Positions 8,062 to 16,421 of a stretch of 57,319 nucleotides of DNA are shown here, in pieces. The notes under the pieces were generated by a model. The model ran no database searches. It saw nothing but the letters and a program-made list of their open reading frames with translations, and had not been told where the DNA came from. Origin of the DNA: Nanobdellati archaeon (GTDB lineage: Archaea > EX4484-52 > WAPT01); NCBI GenBank assembly GCA_027038505.1, contig JALVWC010000008.1, positions 1-57,319 on the forward strand, given 5' to 3'. Both the position numbers and the translations under genes were made by a program. Numbering within the stretch: the first letter of the stretch is position 1; each line of letters begins with the position of its first letter.

Positions 8062-9351
8062 TTACTTCCTGCTCACCTCCACTTCCATAACCACCTCTTC
8101 ACATAAACTTCTCGTTGCTGCGCTTGCCACTGTGCTTAGGTCCTCATCCTCAACCGCAGTCTTGATGTTACTGAGGTCTGTTTCAATCTTCGGAAGGTAA
8201 AGCTGAAGGGCAACCTCGACATCATCGCATCCAAGCTTTTTCGTGTAGGGTGTGGCTGAAACGGCTCTCAGAACCGCCGGATGTACCGCCTCTCTCTCAA
8301 TCGAAAAGTCCGCTATCGGAGCTTTCGGTATGTTCAGCTCTCTGGCCATCGTTTCCTGAAGTTTAAGGGCCTGAGCGGGCTGGAACTTACCTCCGGGGAG
8401 GCCGTCCCTGACAACATAAATGGCTTCTGGATTGTACGCAAGTGTGGAATGTATCAGGTAATTGTAGGCTTCTCTTGCTGTTATCCACGGCTTTATATCT
8501 TTTAGCTCTGATATGCTTATCTCTTCCTTTTTTTCCGTTTTTCTTGCAGGACGTGCCGTTCTCCTGTCCACATCAATGAGGTAAAGCACCACCTTACCTT
8601 CTGTCTGGGAGACCCACACACCCTCTATGTAAGGTTTCCTTCCGTCCTCCACATCATCGAGAAGATGTGATGCCACATTTCTGTAAACATCCGCAATACT
8701 GCTGTAATTGGCCTCTCCGTCGAGCTTTTCCTCCATAATGCTCCTGTGAAACTCGGGCAGCGGTTCTTGCTTTTCTTTTATGCTCGTCCCGAAGTAGGAC
8801 TCGAGCATTTTCGCTTTATCCCTGTTCAGCTTTAGACGGTGTGCTTCCAGAGGGTGCATGTCCCTGATGGAAGCTATGCCGACTTTTTTCAGATCCATAT
8901 CGTAATCCTTTCCGCCGTCAGCCATGATTATTTCCGCATAGCATCTCTTCTCGATGTTCTTGCTGTGCATGACATCAATGGGTAATGATGGCAGTGATAC
9001 CTTGTATTCAATCCCGAGATCCCCAGTCAGATGGTTTCCCACCGCTTTACACACTTCCAGCAGCACCGCATGCTCCAGCTTACATGTTGGTAGCTGTCTG
9101 CCGAATAGCAGCGTTACATCCGCATCGCCGTCCAGCACCCCGCTTTTATACAGCCTGTCCTGAATTTCTGAAAAGGTGAGAGAAGTGTTGCAGTAATTTT
9201 CCATCCAACCGTCGATGATCTTTTCAATCTCATTGCCGTTCATTCTCTTTTTCTCCACGGTTTTTTCCAGATCCTTAATACCGGTGATATACCTCACAAC
9301 GTTCTCGCTATCCACTCCGACCACCTCCGTGCTTGAGTTTTTGAAGAACAT
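8062..9351 (-). CDS. Hypothetical protein, 429 aa, acidic, no family recognised
   Basis: Long uninterrupted ORF with protein-like composition. No SD seen at ATG 9351. Antisense ORFs in the track are short. Confidence 0.6.
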   Translation of the reverse strand: MFFKNSSTEVVGVDSENVVRYITGIKDLEKTVEKKRMNGNEIEKIIDGWMENYCNTSLTFSEIQDRLYKSGVLDGDADVTLLFGRQLPTCKLEHAVLLEVCKAVGNHLTGDLGIEYKVSLPSLPIDVMHSKNIEKRCYAEIIMADGGKDYDMDLKKVGIASIRDMHPLEAHRLKLNRDKAKMLESYFGTSIKEKQEPLPEFHRSIMEEKLDGEANYSSIADVYRNVASHLLDDVEDGRKPYIEGVWVSQTEGKVVLYLIDVDRRTARPARKTEKKEEISISELKDIKPWITAREAYNYLIHSTLAYNPEAIYVVRDGLPGGKFQPAQALKLQETMARELNIPKAPIADFSIEREAVHPAVLRAVSATPYTKKLGCDDVEVALQLYLPKIETDLSNIKTAVEDEDLSTVASAATRSLCEEVVMEVEVSRK

Positions 9352-9478
9352 GCAGTAATTGGTGTTGAGCTTTTGCGGACTCCGAAAACACCACCATGCA
9401 AGAACAGAGATAGAGATGTATGACTGAAGGAACGGTAAGTTTATCGGAAAGTTTCCCTTCGCTCCCGTTACACTTCAG

Positions 9479-9554
9479 CTGAGGCGAGGGGCTTTGGGGC
9501 GGGAAAAGGACAGAGAAAATCACGCGGCCATTATTTCCCCGCCCCTCGCCTCAG
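9479..9554. repeat. Perfect 14-bp GC-rich inverted repeat with 48-nt spacer
   Basis: CTGAGGCGAGGGGC (9479..9492) pairs with GCCCCTCGCCTCAG (9541..9554). Partial inner complementarity between GGGG/GGGAAA and TTTCCCC. Confidence 0.8.
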
Positions 9555-9990
9555 AAGCATCAGCATAAAACCAGAAACCAAAGCCATAAAAGAAAAAGCC
9601 AAAATAGAAGGGAGTTGCATTTCTTAAAAGCTTCTTAACGGGAGATACCGCAGTATGACTGCTAAGTATTGCACATTCCAATAGAGAGTGACAACCGGAG
9701 TTTGGCTGCGGCATCTCCGTCTGCACCTTCTTCCTGCTGACAGCCTGAATTAATCACAAGATAAATATATAAATGTTGTGGGTGTGCCGCTTTGGCGGTA
9801 TCTGTTGTTTGGTTGGATGTTCTGATCATGAAAGAGAAGAGCGCTTGAGGATGTTGCCTGCCGGTTGCGTTTCACCGAAATGGTATTAAGGCTGTTGAGC
9901 GCGACCTTGGAGCTTTCGTTGTAGTTCCCGCGTCATTAAAGGAAAATTTAAAAAAACATGCTTCAATTAAGTTATTGAATCTTCTTGCGC

Positions 9991-10068
9991 GGTCCGGTAG
10001 CTTAGCCTGGTCGGAGCGCCCGCCTGATAAGCGGGAGGTCGGGAGTTCAAATCTCCCCCGGACCACCA
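9991..10068 (+). tRNA. tRNA-Ile (anticodon GAU), CCA encoded
   Basis: Hand-folded cloverleaf: acceptor GGTCCGG/CCGGACC; D stem GCTT/GAGC; anticodon stem CCCGC/GCGGG with loop CTGATAA; variable AGGTC; T arm GGGAG-TTCAAAT-CTCCC; discriminator A plus CCA. Total 78 nt. Confidence 0.9.
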
Positions 10069-10109
10069 GAACCATGCCATGAATATCTGATGCTCTGGAT
10101 TTATGAAAT

Positions 10110-10180
10110 TTGTTCTTGATATAAGAACAAATATTCTCAAAAAGAGAACAAAGATTTAAAATGTTTTTAAGATAAGAACA
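10110..10180 (+). promoter_or_regulatory. Operator-like AGAACA repeats plus TATA box upstream of the wHTH-MNT gene
   Basis: TTGTTCTT-GATAT-AAGAACAA palindrome at 10110..10130. Further AGAACA copies at 10145..10150 and 10175..10180. ATTTAAAA at 10154..10161 lies ~28 nt before ATG 10186, which suggests a leaderless start. Confidence 0.45.
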
Positions 10181-10185
10181 TATAC

Positions 10186-10741
10186 ATGCTACCGGAAAGT
10201 GTGTGGCCTATTTTGGAGTATTTTTTTGATCACCCCTACGAAGAGATTCATATAAGGGAAATCTCAAGGAGACTTAATCTCACCCCATCTTAATTCCCTA
10301 CATATCAAAAAGAGCGTGGATAGATTGATGGAAGAAAACTTGCTTCTGGAGAAACGCTATGGCAGAATGCGACTGGTAAAAGCTAACGTGGAAAGTGCAT
10401 TTTTCAGATACCTTAAGCTGGCATTTACCATCCGTAAGATGGAGAGGTCGGGCATGCTTGATTTTCTCAAGAAAAACATCCCCGCGGTTTCGTCTATTGT
10501 TCTCTACGGCTCAGCAGCCAGAGGTATGGATTCGATCGAAAGCGATATTGACATATTGGCGATAGGTGGCAGAAAGCGTTTGAATCTCTCGGAATTCGAG
10601 GAGAAAGTTAACAGAAGGGTACAACTCATCGTGATGAGTTGGGGTGAATGGAAAAAAACTTACAGGGAGAACAGAGCGTTCTACACAGAAGTGATAACCC
10701 GCGGTGTGCCGTTATTTGGTGATCTTCCGGTGATCGAATGA
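10186..10741 (+). pseudogene. wHTH plus minimal nucleotidyltransferase (MNT antitoxin-type), frameshifted after the wHTH
   Basis: 10186..10293 encodes MLPESVWPILEYFFDHPYEEIHIREISRRLNLTPS*. The +1 frame continues ..PHLNSLHIKKSVDRLMEENLLLEKR.. into the track ORF 10316..10741, which carries LYGSAARGMDSIESDIDILAIG (GSxxRG..DxD). The shift sits next to the CCCC run at 10283..10286. Confidence 0.7.
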
Positions 10742-11165
10742 GGTTGGATGATTGCTTTAGAAGAAGGCTTTTAAGAGCTGACAGGCCGGATAAGAAAAAG
10801 GCCGGGAGATCGGTTGAGATCGCTGAGGAAAAACTTAAAAGAGCTGTTATGTTCCTGAAGGACGGTATTTATGATGCATGTATCCTTTATGGCTATATGG
10901 CCATGTTTCATGCTGCGAGGGCCATCCTTTTTAAAGATGGATTGGTTGAGAAAAGTCACGCGTGCCTGATAGCCTATCTCAGAGAAAAATACAGCTCCAT
11001 AATTCCGGCCGGTATTCTAAATGCTATGGATGCATACAGGCTGGAGAGACACGAGGTGATGTATGGGATGGGTTCAGAATAGTGCGCGATGATTGCGAGG
11101 CTCTGGTGGAGGATGCTGAAAAGCTCATCGAGCTCGTGAGAGATCTTCTGGAAGGAAGAGGGTAA
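10738..11165 (+). pseudogene. HEPN-domain protein (toxin partner of MNT), C-terminal helix displaced by a frameshift
   Basis: 10738..11082 ends ..AYRLERHEVMYGMGSE*. The adjacent frame (track ORF 10962..11165) continues ..DGFRIVRDDCEALVEDAEKLIELVRDLLEGRG, the expected HEPN C-terminus. ATGA overlap with the MNT gene. Confidence 0.65.
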
Positions 11166-11206
11166 TACACACCGTTAACTTTATTAATACCCACGACCCT
11201 AATTCT

Positions 11207-11770
11207 ATGAACATGACAATGTACGAGATCACCATTCTTGGTAGAGGTGGACAGGGAGCTGTAACCTCGGCTTATGTCCTTGCAAAAGCGGCCTTTCATG
11301 ATGGGATGGAGGTGCAGGCGTTTCCGTTTTTCGGGGTTGAAAGGAGAGGCGCACCGGTCATGTCTTTCTGCAGGATAAGCGATGAGCCCGTAAAGCTCAG
11401 GGAACAGATCTATAAGGCAGATTACTTCATTGTGCTGGATCCCGCACTTCTCTCGAGCGTGAATGTGCTTGAAAGAGTAAAAGACCACGGAGAGATCATA
11501 GTGAATTCTGCTCACTTCCCGGAAAAGCTCGGAAAAGCTGAAGAGAAGGGAGTAAAGGTCAGCTATGTGGATGCCACGGAAACCGCTCTGGAAATTATAG
11601 GAAAACCCTTCGTGAACATCATAATGCTCGGAGCCTTTGCAGCCATATCCAAATTGGTAACGCTGAATGCTCTCGAAAAAGCCATAGAGGAGCACTTTTC
11701 CTCAAAGCCTGAAGCTGCCGAGCTGAACAAAAAGGCCACCGAAGTCATCTTCAAAGCTCTTCAAAAGTGA
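11207..11770 (+). CDS. porG: 2-oxoacid:ferredoxin oxidoreductase gamma subunit (pyruvate or 2-ketoisovalerate type)
   Basis: ILGRGGQGAVTSAYVLAKAA motif; first gene of a four-gene gamma-delta-alpha-beta operon. Confidence 0.85.
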   Translation: MNMTMYEITILGRGGQGAVTSAYVLAKAAFHDGMEVQAFPFFGVERRGAPVMSFCRISDEPVKLREQIYKADYFIVLDPALLSSVNVLERVKDHGEIIVNSAHFPEKLGKAEEKGVKVSYVDATETALEIIGKPFVNIIMLGAFAAISKLVTLNALEKAIEEHFSSKPEAAELNKKATEVIFKALQK

Positions 11771-11773
11771 GGT

Positions 11774-12076
11774 GTGTACATGTCAAAAACAAAGCAACGG
11801 AAAGATCTTCCCGGCGGGATAATAACGGATATTGGAAGTACTGCAAGAAACAAAACCGGATCGTGGCGCACCTTTAAACCGGTGGTTAATCTCGAGAAGT
11901 GTACTGGCTGCGGCATCTGCGAGAAGTTCTGCCCCGAGGGGTGCATAACAATCCAGAAGGTTGAGGGGTACGATAAGCCAAAGTGCACAATAAATTATGA
12001 CTATTGTAAGGGCTGTCTTATCTGCATGGAAGAGTGCCCGTTCAAAGTTATAAGCAGTGTTGTTGAGGAGAAGTGA
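11774..12076 (+). CDS. porD: 2-oxoacid:ferredoxin oxidoreductase delta subunit (2x[4Fe-4S] ferredoxin)
   Basis: Two cluster motifs, CTGCGICEKFCP and CKGCLICMEECP. Confidence 0.85.
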   Translation: MYMSKTKQRKDLPGGIITDIGSTARNKTGSWRTFKPVVNLEKCTGCGICEKFCPEGCITIQKVEGYDKPKCTINYDYCKGCLICMEECPFKVISSVVEEK

Positions 12077-12093
12077 GGGATGCGGTGGGTATC

Positions 12094-13260
12094 ATGCCGA
12101 GAGAGGTAATGGAAGGAAGTCAGGCTGTGGCGAGGGTCGTTGCCAGTTGCGATGTTAAGGTCATTGCCGCTTATCCCATAACCCCGCAGACACACATAGT
12201 GCAGGAGCTTGCCAAGATGCACGCCGATGGTGTGATTGATTGCGAATACATAAACGTTGAGGCGGAGTTCTCTGCCATATCTGCCATCCTAGGTGCAACA
12301 GCAGCGGGAGCGAGAAGCTTCACCGCCACATGCTCCCAGGGCTTGGCGCTGATGCACGAGGTGGTGTTCGCTTCGGCGGGTATGAGAATCCCGCTTGTGA
12401 TGGTTATAGCCAACAGAGCTCTCTCAGCTCCAATAAATATCTGGAACGATCATCAGGACAGTATGGCTGAGAGGGATTCAGGCTGGATTCAGCTTTACTG
12501 CGAGAATGTGCAGGAAGTTGTTGATAGTGTGGTGCAGGCTTACAAAATAGCTGAGCACAAGGATGTTCTTCTGCCCGTGATGGTAGGTATGGACGGCTTC
12601 TATCTTACCCATGTTTACGAGCCTGTGGAAATCCCCCCTAAAGAAAAGGTTGTGAAGTTCCTCGGAAAGTTCAACTATCCTTACAGACTTGATCCCAAAA
12701 AACCCGTAACGATGGGGCCGCTTGGATTCCCTGCGGACTATGCAAGGTTAAGAAAACAGCTTGCCGAAGCGGTGTGGAACTCGAAAAAAGTTGTGAGGAA
12801 GGTGCATGACGACTACGCGAAGCGCTTCGGAAGGTCTTACGGGGATGGTCTTCTTGAGGTTTATGGAGATGGTGGTAAAGCTATAGTTGCCATGGGGAGC
12901 ATGTGCGGCACGATAAAACATATGATAGATAAAGATGAGCTTGAGGACGTCTCTCTCATAAGGGTAAGGACTTTCAGACCCTTCCCGAAGGATGAAATCA
13001 AGGATGTGCTGAGGGATAAAGACACTGTGATTGTGATGGAGAAAAACATATCCTTGGGTAATGCTGGCGCTGTCTATCTGGAGGTCAGAGATGCGCTGTA
13101 CGATGAAAAAAGAAAGCCCAAGATCGTGAATTTCATAGTTGGGCTGGGCGGAGTGGATGTTAACAGACCCACCGTAAAATACGTTGTGGAAAAAGCGGAG
13201 AAGGTTAAGAGCGGTTATGTGGAGATCGTGGACGGAAACGAGATTAGTGCATCCTACTAA
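12094..13260 (+). CDS. porA: 2-oxoacid:ferredoxin oxidoreductase alpha subunit
   Basis: AAYPITPQT motif. ATG 12094 with GGTGGG SD is preferred over the GTG at 12073. Confidence 0.85.
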   Translation: MPREVMEGSQAVARVVASCDVKVIAAYPITPQTHIVQELAKMHADGVIDCEYINVEAEFSAISAILGATAAGARSFTATCSQGLALMHEVVFASAGMRIPLVMVIANRALSAPINIWNDHQDSMAERDSGWIQLYCENVQEVVDSVVQAYKIAEHKDVLLPVMVGMDGFYLTHVYEPVEIPPKEKVVKFLGKFNYPYRLDPKKPVTMGPLGFPADYARLRKQLAEAVWNSKKVVRKVHDDYAKRFGRSYGDGLLEVYGDGGKAIVAMGSMCGTIKHMIDKDELEDVSLIRVRTFRPFPKDEIKDVLRDKDTVIVMEKNISLGNAGAVYLEVRDALYDEKRKPKIVNFIVGLGGVDVNRPTVKYVVEKAEKVKSGYVEIVDGNEISASY

Positions 13261-13277
13261 GGGGGGAGGTGCTTGAA

Positions 13278-14186
13278 ATGGGAATAGGGTTGAAGCAGTT
13301 TGCTCCCGGTCACAGAACATGTGCCGGGTGCGGTTCGGCCATAGTTTTCAGGCATGTGCTTGAAGCGCTGGGAGATGATGTCATAATCTGTCAGGCAACG
13401 GGCTGCATGGAGGTGACCACAACTCCGTATCCCGAGACTTCCTTCAAGGTGCCGTGGATCCATGTTGTGTTTGAGAACGCAGCCTCTGTTGCAAGCGGAG
13501 TCAAGAGATCTCTGAAGGCGCAAGGTAACAACCACACGAGAGTTGTGGCGATGGGCGGAGATGGCGGGATGATAGACATAGGGTTCGGTGCTGTCTCCGG
13601 GGCTTTAGAGAGGGGAGAGGATATAATTATCATGGTTTATGATACTGAGGCCTACAGCAACACCGGCCTGCAGAGGAGTGGTGGCACGCCGTTTGGTGCT
13701 TCCACAACAACAAGCCCGGCTGGCAAAAAAATCCCTGGCAAGCAGGAGTGGAAGAAAAACATAGCGATGATAGCTGTGATGCACGGAGCAAAGTACGTTG
13801 CTACGGCCAACCCAGCGTTCTGGGCGGATCTGCAGGCGAAGATTAAGAAAGCCTACAAACTTGAGGGAGGCCCAAGGCTGATCCATATTTACTCCCCTTG
13901 TCCTGTGGGCTGGCATGTAGAGCCGAGCAAAACAATAAAGGTTGCAAAGCTTGCCGTTGAAACCGGGCTGTGGATGTTGTATGAGGTGGAAGAAGGTAAA
14001 CTCAAGATTAACTACAAGCCGAAGGAGTTCAAACCCGTGGAGGATTACTTCAAACTTCAGGGCAGGTTCAAGCATCTACTCGGCAGGAAGGATATAATGG
14101 AGAAAATCGAATCCCACGTCAGGGAGTGGTGGGAAACGATGGAAAAAGTGGAGAAGGAAGGTATCAATTTGCTTAAAATGATATAA
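13278..14186 (+). CDS. porB: 2-oxoacid:ferredoxin oxidoreductase beta subunit (TPP-binding)
   Basis: CAGCG near the N-terminus and GGDGGMIDIG TPP motif. ATG 13278 sits 7 nt after a GGAGGTG SD. Confidence 0.85.
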   Translation: MGIGLKQFAPGHRTCAGCGSAIVFRHVLEALGDDVIICQATGCMEVTTTPYPETSFKVPWIHVVFENAASVASGVKRSLKAQGNNHTRVVAMGGDGGMIDIGFGAVSGALERGEDIIIMVYDTEAYSNTGLQRSGGTPFGASTTTSPAGKKIPGKQEWKKNIAMIAVMHGAKYVATANPAFWADLQAKIKKAYKLEGGPRLIHIYSPCPVGWHVEPSKTIKVAKLAVETGLWMLYEVEEGKLKINYKPKEFKPVEDYFKLQGRFKHLLGRKDIMEKIESHVREWWETMEKVEKEGINLLKMI

Positions 14187-14252
14187 ATATCGAGATCAAA
14201 AAGGAAATGTAAAAAACATTATGTGATGTTCTCGAAAAAACGGTGATGTGGC

Positions 14253-14543
14253 GTGCCTACGGGTGGGTTCGTTATCGACATCATCAATACAATCAACATA
14301 ATCATTGCATTCATATTGTTTACAATAACACTTAGAACATATCGTTCCTACAAGCTCAAAATTTTCAAGAGAGCATGGGGCGTACTCGCATTCGGAGCAT
14401 TTTTGTGGGTTCTCGGCCACATATTTATGATCCTGCATGCTCCACCCTACATCCATTACACACTCTTTACATTGTTCATTGTTTTTCTGGCGATCGGGAT
14501 ATTTATGTTATCCCAGGCCGCCAAAACGCTGGGGGGTGTGTAA
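14253..14543 (+). CDS. Small membrane protein (about 3 TM)
   Basis: Hydrophobic helices IINTINIIIAFILFTITL, VLAFGAFLWVLGHIFMIL and LFTLFIVFLAIGIFML. It competes with an antisense Cys-rich ORF. Confidence 0.45.
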   Translation: MPTGGFVIDIINTINIIIAFILFTITLRTYRSYKLKIFKRAWGVLAFGAFLWVLGHIFMILHAPPYIHYTLFTLFIVFLAIGIFMLSQAAKTLGGV

Positions 14544-14600
14544 AAGCCTGCGAATAATGGTGTTTTGGTAAGTTCATACTATCCTTAGGCTGTCATCAGT

Positions 14601-15437
14601 TCACCGTATAAGGTGGCTTCCATCACAGCTTCTTGCCTTAAACGGCACACCCTCCCTGCAAAAAGCGCAGCTTATGCCAAGTTCGTGACATTTCTCTTCC
14701 ACCATACCCAGCATGCTCATCCTGAGCTCTTCGGGAAGATAAAAGTAACTTCCAACCTTTTCTCCTTTCCTGAAGTAAAGCTCATCAAGCTTTTCTTTCA
14801 GCTGTGGGAAATGCAGCACTATTCTGCCGTATCCGTCCATCTTCAGCTTCAGTGTGGATGTTACAACATGATCCACAAAGCTGCACGCTTTCAGCACCTC
14901 CAGCCATTCCTCTTTACTTGCCCACGGCAGTAAGGGATCGAGCCTCAGGATTGTGGGCACTCCGGCATCATGCAGTATTTTTAGCGCTTCAATCCTCTTT
15001 TCCATTGGTGGTGCGTTCAGCTCAAGTTGCCTGGCTGTCCTGCCCGTAATTGTTATGGCAACGGCAGCCCTCATCTCCGCAAGAAGGTCAACATCTCTGA
15101 CAACTATATTGCTCTTTGTTACAACAAGGACTCTGACGCTGTGTTCCTTCATTAATTGGAGACATTTTCTTGTGAGCTCCTTTGTTTTTTCCGCGGGCGG
15201 ATAAGGATCAGAGGAGTTCGACATTGAAATGAGCACACCGCTCTCCAGCCTTTCCAGGTCTTTTTCCAGTCTTCTGAGAAGATCCCTTTTTTCTCTCACC
15301 TCCCAAAAACGTTGAATGTAGGTGGCATAACAGTAAAGGCAGCGATGCGCACACCCGGTGTAGGGGTTGAAGGACAGCTTGGGAGGGCACGTGCACAGCT
15401 TCGATTTCCACGGGTCGAAAGGTTGAAGGATTCGCAT
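14601..15437 (-). CDS. Radical SAM protein
   Basis: CAHRCLYCYA (CxxxCxxC) near the N-terminus; 278 aa. Confidence 0.75.
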   Translation of the reverse strand: MRILQPFDPWKSKLCTCPPKLSFNPYTGCAHRCLYCYATYIQRFWEVREKRDLLRRLEKDLERLESGVLISMSNSSDPYPPAEKTKELTRKCLQLMKEHSVRVLVVTKSNIVVRDVDLLAEMRAAVAITITGRTARQLELNAPPMEKRIEALKILHDAGVPTILRLDPLLPWASKEEWLEVLKACSFVDHVVTSTLKLKMDGYGRIVLHFPQLKEKLDELYFRKGEKVGSYFYLPEELRMSMLGMVEEKCHELGISCAFCREGVPFKARSCDGSHLIR

Positions 15438-15446
15438 AAAAACGGG

Positions 15447-16388
15447 TTAGCCGTGAGATCTTAAAAACTCTTCCACCTCCCGCCTTGTGGACAGGGAGGT
15501 TATGGCTCCTTTCCTCTGAACGGAAAGGGCCGCAACGGCGGATGCGAAGCGCAACAGCTCATAGCCTTCCATCCCGTCAAGCATCCCGACACAAACACCT
15601 GCCGAGAAAGCGTCTCCAGCTCCAGTGGTATCGACAGCTTTAACCTTAAAGGCCGGACATGAAATTTTTTCACCAGTTCTGGTAACCATCACGCAACCCT
15701 CGGCACCTCGAGTAACTACTGCCATCTTGAGGTGTGCTGACTCCTCCACAAATTCCTGAAGCCATTCGAGCGCTTCCGAAAGCCTGTTCGTGTTGGCAAA
15801 CCAGAGCAATTCTTCTTCAGAAGGAAGGAACACGGTAGACGCTTTGAGAAGGTTAATAAGCTCGTATCTGGCGCTTTCCTTCAAATAATCCCTCCTGAGA
15901 TTTGGATCAAACGAAACTATTAAGTTATGCTTTCGTGCATACTCAATCGCTTTCATCAGCCCCGGCCTGATTTTTTCCCTGAAATAGGAAAGTGTGTGGA
16001 AATGGAAGATCTTTGCGTTTTTGAAGGCCTCTTCCCTAACGCCAAGAACAAGATCCTCATCGGCCGTGCCATCCAGATAAAGTGAGAAATCCGGACTGCC
16101 CCTTTCATCCAGGCTGACAAAAGCCAGCGGAGTCTTCTTCTCGCTCCGCACGATGAAATCCGTAACCACGCGGTTTTCCTTCAGCGTCTCAAGCAGAAAT
16201 TCCCCGAAAGCGTCCTTGCTTATCCCGGTTATCAGAGCTGCGCTTCTCCCGAGTCTGCTAACCGCAACAGCAAAGTTTGCAGGTGCACCACCAAAGCACC
16301 TCTCAAACTTTCCGCAGTCTTTGAGGCTTTTTCCCCTCTCCCCGATGAAGTCTATCAGCACTTCCCCGAGAGTTATGACATCGTGCAT
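15447..16388 (-). CDS. PfkB-family carbohydrate kinase
   Basis: GGAPANFAV and DTTGAGDAF motifs. Confidence 0.8.
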   Translation of the reverse strand: MHDVITLGEVLIDFIGERGKSLKDCGKFERCFGGAPANFAVAVSRLGRSAALITGISKDAFGEFLLETLKENRVVTDFIVRSEKKTPLAFVSLDERGSPDFSLYLDGTADEDLVLGVREEAFKNAKIFHFHTLSYFREKIRPGLMKAIEYARKHNLIVSFDPNLRRDYLKESARYELINLLKASTVFLPSEEELLWFANTNRLSEALEWLQEFVEESAHLKMAVVTRGAEGCVMVTRTGEKISCPAFKVKAVDTTGAGDAFSAGVCVGMLDGMEGYELLRFASAVAALSVQRKGAITSLSTRREVEEFLRSHG

Positions 16389-16421
16389 TTCCCTCCCTCA
16401 GGAACCCGAAATAGAGGGTTA

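Noticed and set aside
8062-9351. The 429-aa orphan as a short prokaryotic Argonaute/PIWI protein. It has an IDVD..(55 aa)..VVRDG spacing and a size similar to the Archaeoglobus short pAgo.
   Set aside because: Apart from those two short motifs, nothing else matches PIWI or MID features. There is no K..R-type strand after RDG, the C-terminal 60 aa are acidic, and it bears no resemblance to the AfPiwi sequence as I recall it.
9773-9889. A 38-codon Cys-rich ORF (MLWVCRFGGICCLVGCSDHEREERLRMLPAGCVSPKWY) in the tRNA-upstream spacer.
   Set aside because: There is no SD, and the adjacent A/T block abuts the ATG instead of lying ~26 nt upstream. No family is recognised. Kept only as a remote possibility.
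9991-10068. A direct repeat of the tRNA-Ile 3' half marking an integrated element (att site).
   Set aside because: I scanned by eye for GGGAGTTCAAATCTCCC and CCGGACCACCA-like copies elsewhere in the window and found none. No integrase is present either. The island's other boundary may lie outside the window.
14196-14456. Minus-strand 86-aa Cys-rich ORF downstream of porB.
   Set aside because: It overlaps a plus-strand ORF with three clean TM helices, which looks more protein-like. The Cys residues do not form a regular CxxC zinc-ribbon pattern. Neither call is strong.
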